Below are positions 10,442 through 23,983 of a DNA stretch of 64,000 bases, piece by piece (position 1 is the stretch's first letter; each line of letters opens with the position of its first letter). The DNA comes from an uncultured delta proteobacterium (GTDB lineage: Bacteria > Myxococcota_A > Polyangia > Polyangiales > Polyangiaceae), in contig CAWKKR010000008.1 of assembly GCA_963850305.1 (NCBI GenBank), forward strand, positions 1,760,001-1,824,000, read 5' to 3'. Below the pieces are notes generated by a model. The model was not told the DNA's origin, ran no database searches, and saw only the letters and a list, made by a program, of their open reading frames with translations. Both the position numbers and the translations under genes were made by a program.

Positions 10442-11704
10442 ATGTCATTCTCTCAATTGAATCTGATCGAGCCTCTCCGTCGAGCCATCGAAAAGGAAGG
10501 TTACGATCGCCCCACGCCCATCCAGGAACGGGCGATTCCCCACGTCCTCGCCGGGCGCGACCTGCTCGGTTGCGCGCAGACCGGGACGGGCAAGACGGCC
10601 GCCTTCTCTCTCCCTCTCCTGCAGAGGCTGGCGGAGCGTCGAGTCGATTCCCCGCGCGTTCGCGCGCTCGTGCTCAGCCCGACGCGCGAGCTCGCGGCGC
10701 AGATCGGTGAGCGCATCGAAGCGTACGGACAGAACCTCGGACTCAAGCACGTCGTGATTTACGGCGGCGTGAGTCAGTTCCACCAGGTGCGCGCGATGAA
10801 GCCCTGTCCGGCCATCGTCGTCGCGACTCCCGGGCGGCTGCTGGATCTGTGCTCGCAGAAGCTCGTGGACCTGTCGCACGTCGAGATCCTCGTTCTCGAC
10901 GAGGCGGATCGCATGCTCGACATGGGGTTCATCCACGACGTGCGGCGCATCGTCGGCATGACGCCCAGGACGCGGCAGACGCTGTTCTTCTCGGCGACGA
11001 TGCCGCAGGAGATCGCGTCGCTCGCGAAGAGCATTCTGAAAGAGCCGATGCGGATCGAAGTCACGCCGTCGGCGAGGACGGCGGAGACCGTGAAACAGGC
11101 CGCCTATCTGGTCGCGAAGCACCACAAGCGAAAGCTGCTCGAGCACTTGCTCGGCGACCCTTCGGTCGAACGAGCCCTCGTCTTCACGCGGACGAAGCAC
11201 GGAGCGAGCCGCATCGCGGGTCAGCTCGAGCGCGCGCGGATCAGCGCGGGCGCGATCCACGGCGACAAGTCCCAGGGCGCTCGTGAGCGCGCGCTTGCGG
11301 CGTTCCGCGACGGGAGCATGCGCGTGCTCGTCGCCACGGACATCGCCGCGCGTGGAATCGACGTCGACGGAGTGTCGCACGTCGTCAATTTCGATCTGCC
11401 GGCCGCGGCCGAGAGCTACGTGCACCGCATCGGACGCACGGGGCGAGCGGGGGCCGCCGGGATCGCGCTGTCGTTCTGCGACGAGGAGGAACGCCCGCTC
11501 CTCGCGAGCATCGAGCGCCTCATCGGTGCGTCGATCCCGATCACTGCACCGCCGATCGCGCTGGCCACCGAGCCACGCGAAGCCCCCGCCCCACGAGAGC
11601 CCGGCGCCGCGCCGCGGCAATCGAACGATCGACGCCCGGCACGACCACCGAACCGCGGCAATTCGCCGCGAGCGCGTCAAGGACGTGCGCGCGCCTTCGG
11701 GTAG
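10442..11704 (+). CDS. rhlE: DEAD-box RNA helicase (RhlE-like)
   Basis: Q-motif [41 protein letters not shown]. Confidence 0.9.
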   Translation: MSFSQLNLIEPLRRAIEKEGYDRPTPIQERAIPHVLAGRDLLGCAQTGTGKTAAFSLPLLQRLAERRVDSPRVRALVLSPTRELAAQIGERIEAYGQNLGLKHVVIYGGVSQFHQVRAMKPCPAIVVATPGRLLDLCSQKLVDLSHVEILVLDEADRMLDMGFIHDVRRIVGMTPRTRQTLFFSATMPQEIASLAKSILKEPMRIEVTPSARTAETVKQAAYLVAKHHKRKLLEHLLGDPSVERALVFTRTKHGASRIAGQLERARISAGAIHGDKSQGARERALAAFRDGSMRVLVATDIAARGIDVDGVSHVVNFDLPAAAESYVHRIGRTGRAGAAGIALSFCDEEERPLLASIERLIGASIPITAPPIALATEPREAPAPREPGAAPRQSNDRRPARPPNRGNSPRARQGRARAFG

Positions 11705-11787
11705 ACTTCGCTAAGAGCGAGCGCGGGCGACCCGCGACAGCGGCGAGTGACCGGGCACCTGGTCGGATCCAGTGCTACCGTTCATGA

Positions 11788-12555
11788 ATGAACCGTAGTC
11801 GGCTCGTGGCGGTTCTGGAGCTGGCGGGGCCCATCGCATCAGCGGTGACGGCGCTGGCTCCCGACCTCGGCACGACGGCGTACGAGCTCCGGCTCGCCCT
11901 CGGGCCAGGGTTTCCGGCCGTGGTTCTGGCGACCCCGGACCCGGCGCGCGCCGCCACCGCGCTCGCCGCGATTCGAGGGCGCGGCCATCGCGCAACCGAG
12001 ATCGAGTTCTCGGACGTCGTTCCGTCGTCTCGCATGATCCCGCTCCGGGATTTTCGGTTCGAGCCCACGGACCTCGTCGCGAACGCGGGCGAGGACGACC
12101 GGGTGCCCTATGCCGACCTCTCGGCGATCCTCCGGGCGTCGCATCGCGCGGACGTCGTGACGACTCACGAGGTGAAGGAACGCAAGCTCGCGCTGGGCAA
12201 GGCCATCGCGACAGGCGGCCTCGTGATGACGAAGACGACCACGCGCGAGATCACGTCGAAGACCGAGAATCGCGAGCAGGTTCTGTATCTGTTCCGCGCC
12301 AGCGGCGCGACGCCCCTCATCCTTCGCGAGATGAGCGCGCACTATGCCGGCCTTGGCGCGGATCTGGGCCGGACCGCGCTCGAGAATTTCGGCAAGACCA
12401 TCCAGCGACTCCGTGCGCTCGCGCCGCACGCTGCCTACGACGAGCGGCTACTGGTGCCGCGCTCGATCCATGGCGTCGCCGACGGTGTCGAAGCGACGGA
12501 TCTCGTCGCTCACCTGTTGGCGGCGGATCTGGCTCGTGATATGAAGCGGGCGTGA
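11788..12555 (+). CDS. Hypothetical protein
   Basis: 255-aa ORF with protein-like composition filling the gap between rhlE and argD. Confidence 0.7.
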   Translation: MNRSRLVAVLELAGPIASAVTALAPDLGTTAYELRLALGPGFPAVVLATPDPARAATALAAIRGRGHRATEIEFSDVVPSSRMIPLRDFRFEPTDLVANAGEDDRVPYADLSAILRASHRADVVTTHEVKERKLALGKAIATGGLVMTKTTTREITSKTENREQVLYLFRASGATPLILREMSAHYAGLGADLGRTALENFGKTIQRLRALAPHAAYDERLLVPRSIHGVADGVEATDLVAHLLAADLARDMKRA

Positions 12556-12724
12556 TGTTCACGCTGCCCTGTCCGTCGCTCCGGCTCCGACGCCGATGCG
12601 CGCGATTTCCGGGCGGCGGCATGATGCCACTCGAGTAACGGGAAACCGTCTCGCAGCCGTCCAAGAGTCCGGGCGGCGTGCACGTCAGTTCACCTCGCCC
12701 GTTTCACGCGAAGGAGAACGAACG

Positions 12725-13879
12725 ATGCATGTCAGAACCGAAACTCATTTGATGAACCTCGTCCCCCGCCCAGATGCCGTCATGGTGCGCGGTGCGGGCT
12801 CGTACATCTGGGACGACACGGGCCGTCGCTATCTCGACTTCGTGCAAGGATGGGCGGTAAATACGCTGGGTCACGCGCCGAAGGAGATTGTCGCGGCGCT
12901 CGCCAGTCAGGCCGCGACGTTGCTGACAGCAAGTCCGGCGTATCACAACGCCCGCGAGCTCGAGCTCGCGAACCGCCTCGCCCGGCTCTCGCGCCTCGAC
13001 CGGGTATTTTTTGTAACTCCGGCGCTGAAGCGAACGAGGGTGCCATCAAGCTCGCGCGGAAGTGGGGCAAGGTACACAGAGCCGGCGCATTCGAAATCGT
13101 CACGACCGTGAACGGCTTTCACGGCCGGACACTCGCCACGATGGCGGCGAGCGGCAAGCCGGGCTGGGACACGATGTTCCCGCCGAAGATGGACGGCTTC
13201 GTCAAGGTACCGTTCGGCGACGCGAGCGCCGTCGAGGCGGCGATTCGTGCGGAAACCGTTGCGGTGCTCGTGGAGCCGATCCAGGGGGAGGGCGGGGTGG
13301 TGGTTCCGCGCAACGGCTATCTGCGGGAGCTGCGCGACCTCGCCGACGCGCGCGGGATCCTGCTCATGGTGGACGAGATCCAGACCGGCGTGGCGCGCAC
13401 CGGGCGACTCTTCGCGCACGAACACGACGGCATCGTGCCCGACGTGATGACGCTCGGGAAAGGGCTCGGCGGAGGGGTGCCGCTCGCTGCGCTCCTGGCC
13501 GCGGAACGCGCGGCGTGCTTCGAACGCGGCGAACAGGGCGGCACGTTCAGCGGGAGTTCGGGCATGACCGCGGTCGGCTGCGCCGTGCTCGAAGCCGTGA
13601 CAGCCCCCGAATTCCTCGATGAAGTCGTGGAGCGCGGTGCAGCGCTGCGCGACGGACTCTCGCGACTTCCGGGCGTCGTCGAAGTGCGCGGCCGCGGTCT
13701 ACTCGCGGCGGCGAAGCTCGACGAGCCCCGCGCGGAAATGGCGCGCGATGCGGCGTTCGAAATCGGACTCCTCGTCAATGCCGTTCGCCCGGACACGCTC
13801 CGGTTCATGCCGGCGCTCACCGTCACGAACGACGAGGTCCAAGAAATGCTCGGAGCTCCTCGCGCGTGCGCTTGGCTGA
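12725..13879 (+). CDS. argD: Acetylornithine aminotransferase (class III), indels near 13010 (T-run) and 13852
   Basis: [15 protein letters not shown], then [43 protein letters not shown]. Confidence 0.88.
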
Positions 13880-13932
13880 CGTTCACGCTCCGGCGGCGAC
13901 GTGGCGCGCGTCTGGCAAAGCGGATATCGGTG

Positions 13933-17032
<3,100 letters not shown>

Positions 17033-17183
17033 GAAACGTTGACGCCCTTCGCTCGGAGTCGGGTCGTTCCGCGAAGCTACGGAGTCCCTGCGCCGGAGGC
17101 AGGGGAAACTAGTGCGTCACGCGCAAACCGGCCAGCGATGAACCAAGAAGAGTCGAGCTGCGCAGATGTCCAGCAGTCCGAGG

Positions 17184-17645
17184 TCACCCGGCGCTCTTGA
17201 TCGAAGCGAGCACCTTCCGGACGGCGTCGAGGTGCTTCTTGGCTGAAAGCTCGTGGTGGAAGACCCCGCGAATCTTCTTTTGTTTGTCGATGACGTACGT
17301 GACGCGCCTCGTCCCGAGGCCCAACAACTGCCGGGCCTCGTACATCTTCTGGATGCGCTTGTCGGGGTCGGAGAGCAGTGGGAACGGGACCTTGTGCTTT
17401 GCTGCGAATTTCTCGTGAGTAGCCGTGGCGTCGCCGCTTACGCCGACGACGCGAACGCCCTCGGCCGCGAGCTCCGCTTCGCTGTCGCGGAACAGACAGA
17501 CCTGCGCGGTGCACACCGGCGTGAAGTCTCGCGGGTAGAAGTACAGCACCAACCCCGAGTCCTGGACGAGCGCATCCAGCGTCAGACGCTTGCCGTGCTG
17601 GTCGATGCCGTCGAAGTCGGGCGCTGTGTCGCCGATGGAAAGCAC
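17184..17645 (-). CDS. bcp: Peroxiredoxin (Bcp/PrxQ)
   Basis: LYFYPRDFTPVCTAQVC (CxxxxC), FPLLSDPD, RVTYVID; GTG start inferred. Confidence 0.9.
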   Translation of the reverse strand: MLSIGDTAPDFDGIDQHGKRLTLDALVQDSGLVLYFYPRDFTPVCTAQVCLFRDSEAELAAEGVRVVGVSGDATATHEKFAAKHKVPFPLLSDPDKRIQKMYEARQLLGLGTRRVTYVIDKQKKIRGVFHHELSAKKHLDAVRKVLASIKSAG

Positions 17646-17826
17646 GCCCAGCGCATGCCGCCTTCGGCTCCGGACGTCAAGCTCGTCGCACACTCACCTA
17701 CGCGCGTAGTCCCCCGACGTACGGCACGACTCCTGCTGATGATCATTCTGCGCGCCGCGAATTGCGCGCGTTTTCGAATAAACTGGATGGCCACGTGAAG
17801 TGCCGTTCACGACAGGAGTGTGAACC

Positions 17827-18627
17827 ATGACGACCCGCATCTTCTCCTTCATTCCGGTCCTTTTCGTGTCTTTCGTCGGCTGCCAACCGCAGGGTTTGAC
17901 CGCCGAGCAGGCGTTGGAGGCCAAGGACGAGATGCAGATCGGAACCGAATCCGAGGCGCTGACGTCCAAGTCCATGGAGATCACCACGAACTTCACGATC
18001 GGCGACGCGGTCGATCAGGCCGCGGAAGAACTGCACACCTTCATGCAATCGCAGTGGCCGTGCGCGGACGTCGTTGTGCAGAGCCACACTCTAACCATCA
18101 CCTACGGTGCGCACGGGAGCTGCCCCTATAATTCGTATCAAAGCATCACCGGAACTCACGAAATCACGATCTCCAAGAACGACAGGACCGACGTCGAGGT
18201 CGACCACGTATGGACGAATCTTTCGAATGGCGATGTGGAAGTCAGCGGTACCGCCCACGTGACGTGGAACCTCGCCGACCCGAGCCGACACGCGCAGCAC
18301 GACCTCACGTGGACGCGACTCAGCGACCACCGCACGGGCGAGGGCACGGGAGACGTCGTGCAGACGCCGCTCGATGGTGATCTGACGGTCGGGTTCGCGG
18401 AGGACGGGCACCGCTCCTGGACGGGTCAATCGGGCGAGTGGGATCTGGACATCGCCGGACTGCAGATGCGATGGGTGGACCCTGTGCCCCAGGCGGGCTC
18501 GCTGACTCTCCAGACGCCGTTCGCCAAGACGGTCGATCTCTCCTTCTCCCGCGTCAGCGACAAGACGATTCAGGTGATCCTGAAGGGACCTCGTGCGTCC
18601 TTCGACTTCGACGTATCGCAGCCCTGA
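17827..18627 (+). CDS. Hypothetical lipoprotein, beta-strand rich
   Basis: RBS GGAG, hydrophobic N-terminus with lipobox FVGC, Thr/Val alternating strands. Confidence 0.75.
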   Translation: MTTRIFSFIPVLFVSFVGCQPQGLTAEQALEAKDEMQIGTESEALTSKSMEITTNFTIGDAVDQAAEELHTFMQSQWPCADVVVQSHTLTITYGAHGSCPYNSYQSITGTHEITISKNDRTDVEVDHVWTNLSNGDVEVSGTAHVTWNLADPSRHAQHDLTWTRLSDHRTGEGTGDVVQTPLDGDLTVGFAEDGHRSWTGQSGEWDLDIAGLQMRWVDPVPQAGSLTLQTPFAKTVDLSFSRVSDKTIQVILKGPRASFDFDVSQP

Positions 18628-18652
18628 AGGCCGCGGAAATCGACGGCTGAGG

Positions 18653-18681
18653 TTGACAGTTAATACTGATACGGTTAATAG
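18653..18681 (+). promoter_or_regulatory. Sigma70-type promoter with overlapping operator-like repeats
   Basis: TTGACA at 18653, 17-bp spacer, TAATAG; GTTAATA occurs twice (18659, 18674); AT-rich patch in GC-rich DNA. Confidence 0.55.
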
Positions 18682-18732
18682 TGTCCCTGTGATGACTGGC
18701 GCATCGTGCTGGTCACGAGTCAGGTGGATACC

Positions 18733-19092
18733 ATGAAAGTCAATAATTTCAGTGAGTTTTGGCCAGAATACCTCCGCGCCCACGCCGACCGAGCGTCACG
18801 AGCGGCGCATTTGACGGGAGTCGCGTTGAGCCTCGCGACAGCGGCCGCGCTGATTTCCTGCGGAATGGTCTTTTTCCTCGTGCTCGCCATCGTCCCGGCG
18901 CAGCTCGGCGCGTGGGTGGGGCACAAGCTGAGCCCGAGGCACGAACGCATCTCCGAGCAGCACCCCGATTGGGCGGCGCTGGCCGACGCCAAGATGTTCG
19001 GGCTGTTCGTCACGGGCAACCTCGGGTCCGAGCTGGCGCGACACGGGGCGCTCTCGCCCGACACGTCACGCCCCCGATGGTCGGCCGTCTGA
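18733..19092 (+). CDS. DUF962/Mpo1-like small membrane protein
   Basis: FSEFWPEYLRAH...R..H..G, WVGH and HPDWA..AD pattern. Confidence 0.75.
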   Translation: MKVNNFSEFWPEYLRAHADRASRAAHLTGVALSLATAAALISCGMVFFLVLAIVPAQLGAWVGHKLSPRHERISEQHPDWAALADAKMFGLFVTGNLGSELARHGALSPDTSRPRWSAV

Positions 19093-19606
19093 CTGTGGAG
19101 TGAGGAGCAGGACTAGATCCATTCGGCCCAGCAGGGCCTGTGGCGGAGTCTTCACGTACGCGCGGCGGCACGCGAAGCTCGAGAGTCCTGGGGTCGAGTC
19201 GGCAACTGCCACTCGCCGCGACCGTCCGCGAGCAGAGAAGTGTCCCTGGCGGTGGACGGTTCTGCTCCGGCAGCCCCTGACGTTGTCGCGCTGACGCCTG
19301 CTTCGTCGAAGGCATCTCGACGACACCGAGATGAGCTCGACCCCGGCTTCCTGGCGGGACACTCATCCCGGAAACAGGTAAAAACTGGTCAGACCTATTG
19401 TCGGGGAGCCAGGAACGATTGCGCCCGCGTCGATCTCTGGGACGAGTCGAGATTTGGCACATATCCGCGACGTTTGCGGGCGGCCGGCTGGGATCCTCGT
19501 CGTCACCGGCAGCTTTCGCGCCAGCGTTCCGAGGTGCCTGGTCGTTACGACCAGTGGGACGGTTTGACTCTGCTTTCGAGTGTGCCTTTCTATATGCTGA
19601 ACGGCC

Positions 19607-20605
19607 ATGGCGCGATCGACCATCCTCGGAGTGGGCAGCTACGCCCCGAGCCGAGTCGTTACGAACGACGACCTGGCGAAGCTCATGACGACGAGCGACG
19701 AATGGATCTTCCAGCGAAGCGGGATCAAAGAGCGTCGCTTTATCGAACATTCTGGGATAGGCGCCGCGGACCTTGCCGTTCCCGCGTGCCGGGCTGCCCT
19801 CCAACACGCCAAACTCACGACGCGGGACATCGACGCCATCGTGTTCGCGACCCTCAGTCCCGATTTCACGTTTCCCGGATCCGGATGCTTGCTGAATGAC
19901 AAGCTCGGCATGAACGGAAAGCCCGCGCTGGACGTTCGCAATCAGTGCAGCGGGTTCATCTACGGCCTCGCAGTCGCCGACGGCTGGATCCAGTCCGGCC
20001 TCTTCAAGCACATCCTCGTCATCGGAGCTGAAGTCCACTCGACGGCTCTCGAATTCAACGATCGTGGTCGCGACGTCGCGGTGCTGTTCGGAGACGGCGC
20101 GGGAGCGGTCGTCATGGGCGCCGCCAAGGACGACGCGCACGGAATCCAGAGCATGTGCCTTCACTCGGACGGGATTGGGGTCAAGGAACTCTGGTGCGAA
20201 GCGCCGGCGTCCCTATACGACCCTCGCATCACGCACGCCATGTTGGACGAGGGCCGACACTATCCGAAGATGATCGGTAAACAAGTTTTTCGTTGGGCTA
20301 TCGAGAAGATGCCGGAGGTGGCGATCGAGGCCGTGCGGAAGGCGGGCCTGACGATGCAAGACATCGACCTGTTCATCCCGCATCAGGCGAACATGCGCAT
20401 CAACCAGATGGTCGCCGCGCGGCTCGAGCTCCCCGACGAGAAGGTCGTGCACAACATCGAGAAATTCGGGAACACGACGGCCGCGACGATTCCCATGGCA
20501 CTCGACAAGGCGTACAAGGAAGGGCGTGTGAAGCCCGGGTCGCGGCTCCTGTTCGCCGCGTTTGGCGCGGGTTACACGTGGGCGGGCGCCGTACTTCGGA
20601 TCTGA
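19607..20605 (+). CDS. fabH: 3-oxoacyl-ACP synthase III
   Basis: Cys-His-Asn triad NQCSGF / PHQAN / GNT; LFGDGAGA; FGAG. Confidence 0.93.
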   Translation: MARSTILGVGSYAPSRVVTNDDLAKLMTTSDEWIFQRSGIKERRFIEHSGIGAADLAVPACRAALQHAKLTTRDIDAIVFATLSPDFTFPGSGCLLNDKLGMNGKPALDVRNQCSGFIYGLAVADGWIQSGLFKHILVIGAEVHSTALEFNDRGRDVAVLFGDGAGAVVMGAAKDDAHGIQSMCLHSDGIGVKELWCEAPASLYDPRITHAMLDEGRHYPKMIGKQVFRWAIEKMPEVAIEAVRKAGLTMQDIDLFIPHQANMRINQMVAARLELPDEKVVHNIEKFGNTTAATIPMALDKAYKEGRVKPGSRLLFAAFGAGYTWAGAVLRI

Positions 20606-20679
20606 TCCCGCGGCGCCCCGGTCCGTCATCGCGTCGTCGGTGAGCTTGCTGTTTCAGCGGCGAGCCGCACCTCGGCGAC

Positions 20680-20720
20680 TTGACATGAATATAAATTCAC
20701 CCTAGTGAATCCGCATTCAT
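20680..20720 (+). promoter_or_regulatory. Promoter plus tandem palindromic TetR operator
   Basis: TTGACA at 20680; TGAAT-N4-ATTCA at 20686-20699 and 20706-20719. Confidence 0.7.
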
Positions 20721-21459
20721 GAGCACGTCAGGCCGCACCCTCGCCAGAATGGAGGTTGCCAAACCGTCCAGAGTACGCGCCGTTCCCGCCGACGGTTGCG
20801 CGCGCGGGAGCGGCGCGCATGGAAAGGGCGGAGAACGCCGACGCCCCCTCCGTGATTCGGCTCGCGAACATGCCCGTGGAGCTTACCGGTTCGCGATACT
20901 CGCGGCAGCCGAGCGCGTGTTTGTGCGCGGCGGCTTCTACGAGACGCGTATGGCCGACATCGCCCGTGAAGCGGGGGTGGGGGTGGGTACGCTCTACAAC
21001 TACTTCGAGAGCAAGGAAGTCATCTTCGGGAACTTGCTCGAACTGCGACATCGGGAGTTTCGGTCGATGGTCAAGGCTGCGGCGACCGCGGAGGATCCCG
21101 TGGAGCGGCTCGGCCAGATCGTTCGCAGTGTCCTCTCGTCGGTGGACGAAAAGGGAGAGTTTCTCGCCGTCTTCATGGAACGAGGCATCATCGGCGACTA
21201 CGACGTGGAGCGCCTTGTCGGAGCTAGTCACGCCCGCGCGCACGAAGAGTTTCTCGACCTCGTCGAACGTATTCTGCGCGAGGCCGTGCGTCGGAAGAAA
21301 GTTCGGGCCGATGTCGGAGTGTCCCCCCTTGCGACGGCCCTGTCCGGCGCGATCAACGGCGCAATTTACGCCTGGCTCAAGAAGGGGCGGCGCGCGCGTC
21401 TGGCTTCGGCCGCAGACGACCTCATCGGTATTTTTCTCGAGGGAGCGCGGTGCAGATGA
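20719..21459 (+). CDS. TetR/AcrR family transcriptional regulator
   Basis: ILAAAERVF...MADIAREAGVGVGTLYNYFESKE HTH; true start may be downstream. Confidence 0.9.
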   Translation: MSTSGRTLARMEVAKPSRVRAVPADGCARGSGAHGKGGERRRPLRDSAREHARGAYRFAILAAAERVFVRGGFYETRMADIAREAGVGVGTLYNYFESKEVIFGNLLELRHREFRSMVKAAATAEDPVERLGQIVRSVLSSVDEKGEFLAVFMERGIIGDYDVERLVGASHARAHEEFLDLVERILREAVRRKKVRADVGVSPLATALSGAINGAIYAWLKKGRRARLASAADDLIGIFLEGARCR

Positions 21460-21553
21460 AAGCGCGGATTCGCGCGGACGCTCTTCGGAGTGCGCGGCGG
21501 CGCGGACGCGCGGCAGTGCGCCTCAATTCGTGAATCGAGGAAACGTGAAGGAA

Positions 21554-23097
21554 ATGAACACAGGCAAGCTCGCAATCGTTTCTCTGGTCGGTGCGACGAT
21601 GCTCGGAGTGATCTCCGCGAGAGCGCAGACCGCTCCTGCACCAGCTTCGCCGACGGACACGCCTCCGTCCGCCGAAAAGATCGCCGTGCCCCCGTTGCAG
21701 GATCGCGGCACGCCGGTTCTGGAGGGCCTCCAGCCCGAGCCCGGCGGTCTCACTTCTGCGGAGGTCGCGCGCCGCGCCCTCGCGGTGAGTCCATCGGTGA
21801 AGGAGAAGCGGGCCCAGGTGGCGGCTGCGAACGAGAAGATCGACCAGACGATGATCCAATTTTTCCCGAAGCTCACGGTCGACGCCGGGTACACGCGCGT
21901 GTCGAACGTGGTGACCAGCTTCGGCGGGCTCGTCGCTGCGACGAACGCCGGGCCACTGAGGGTCGGGAATGGCAACTCCATCGTCGACTCGGGCTCTCAA
22001 CCGGTGACGGCGGTCCCCTTCGTCATTCCGACGGTCGAGAACCAATGGTCGCTCGAGGGCCATCTCTCGATCCCGGTCTCGGACTACATCCTCCGAGTTG
22101 CGGACGCGGCCGCATCGTCGAAAGCGGGTCGCGAATCGGCGCGGATCGAGGTCGCCGCGGAGAAGCTCAAAGTCGCCGCCGATGCCGAGAAACTCTACTT
22201 CAACTGGCTCCGCGCCCGCGGCCAGGTTGCGATCTCCAGGGCGGCCGTGGAGCGCTCGCGCGCTCGTCTGCAGGATGCGCGCGCCACCTTCGCGGTCGGC
22301 TCGATATCGAAGGCCGACCTGCTCCGAATCGAAGCGCTCGTCGCCAATACCGAGCTCACTCTCAACGACGCGGAGTCGAACGCTTCCCTCACGACCGGTC
22401 AGCTCGCGATCGTGATGGAGGACTGGCACCCGAACTACCGCGTCGGTGAAGGGATCCCCGAGCCGCGGCCCACTCCGGAAGGCGACGTCTCGCTCAATCT
22501 GCTGATTCACGAAGCGCAGGCCCACCGGCTCGAAATGCTCGCGGTGGAAAGTGCTATCAGCGCCAACTCGCACGGCGCAAGTGCGACGCGTTCCGGCGCC
22601 CTACCGCGAATCGACGCCTTCGGCGACGGGTTCTACGCGAATCCGAATCCACGCTATTTCCCCCGCAGGCCGACTGGCACCTGACCTGGGATGTTGGAGT
22701 TCGTGCGAGCTGGACGATCAACGATACGTTCCAGAATTCCTCGGCGGCGCGTGAGATTGACGCCGCGACGAATGTGCTCATTCAACAGCGCACGGAGCTG
22801 CGCGCGGCGATAGCCTCGGAGGTGCTGAACGCCTACCTCGATCTTTCGCGCGCGCACGCCGCCGTGGAAAAGCAAAAGGCCGCGCTCGCCTCCGCCGAGG
22901 AGGGCTACCGCGTGACGACGGATCTGTTCCGAGCCGGTCGCGCGACGAGCACTGACGTGATCGAGGCCGAGTCGCAGCTGCTCGAGGCCAAGCTGGGCGA
23001 CGTCAACGACCGCATCGATCTTGCCGTCGCGGAGATCGCGCTCCGTCATGCGACGGCGCGCGACGTGCCGGCGCAGCCGCTCGAGGCGCGGGAATAG
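21554..23097 (+). CDS. TolC-family outer-membrane efflux protein, indel near 22665
   Basis: Signal peptide ..ISARA-Q; two OEP repeats (G.ISKADLL, GRATSTDVIEAE); continues in ORF 22774-23097. Confidence 0.85.
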
Positions 23098-23156
23098 AGT
23101 CACGAATAGGTCGCGCGCGGGTGCCACCGTCCGCTCGGCGTCGGGTATGATGTGTC

Positions 23157-23561
23157 GTGCGCTACGCGTTCGGCGAATTCGAGCTGGACCCGTCTGCCTA
23201 CGTGCTGACATGCCGGGGCACGACCCTCGCCTTGCAGCCGAAGGTATTCGAGCTGATCTCGCTCCTGGTCGAAAATCGCCACCGCGTGGTCGCCAAGGAA
23301 GAGCTGCTCGCGGCCCTCTGGCCAGACGTTCACGTCAGCGAGTCGGCGCTGGCGTGGTGCGTCAGCCAGGCGCGCAGGGTCCTCGACGAGAGCGGCGGGG
23401 AATCGTCGATCAAGACCGCACACCGCCGGGGGTACCGCTTCGACGCCCAGGTGACGATCCGCGGTGAGCTGAAGACGTTACGACCGTCCACCCAACGGCA
23501 GTTCTTCGGGCGGGACGAAACGATGGCCGCGCTGCGAAAAATCCGGACGCTACTCTGCTAG
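23157..23561 (+). pseudogene. OmpR/CadC-type winged-helix regulator, ending just at an AAA-ATPase-like start motif
   Basis: YAFGEFELD, PKVFELISLL, KEELLAALWPDVHVSESAL, IKTAHRRGYRF, then FFGRDE and an early stop. Confidence 0.65.
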
Positions 23562-23809
23562 AGCAGCACGATTGCGACACGGGTCAAGAGTGCGTCCCGA
23601 CGTTGAAGGCCGAGAACCTGAACTCCTGCTTCTCGAGATGCACGTCGTCTTCGCTCAGCGCGTCCGGCGCGTGCGTGCCAACCTTCGTGGTGCGGGATCT
23701 GAGTCCTCTCTACGTCTCGTTTCTCGCCAACGACGGATGCGGCGCCGGGAACCTGTGCGCTCCCTGCATCGACCCGACGACTCAGAGCCCCAGTCACGCG
23801 TGTGATTAG
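23540..23809 (+). pseudogene. Cys-rich domain or remnant without its own signal peptide or clear start
   Basis: Open frame NPDATLLEQHDCDTGQECVP...CGAGNLCAPCIDP...ACD* with 9 Cys. Confidence 0.5.
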
Positions 23810-23983
23810 CCGACGTTGGACGCCGTGGCCAGATTCAAGCCGGGGCCGCCAGGGTCGGGCGAATGACGCCCCTGCAACGAAGTTGCGACGCTCGCCGCGC
23901 ATTCCGGTCGACGAGCGCGGAGCCCGACCCCGGATAGCCGCTTCTCACAAGCGACCGGGAATCGGCTAGGCTGTCGCCCCAAG

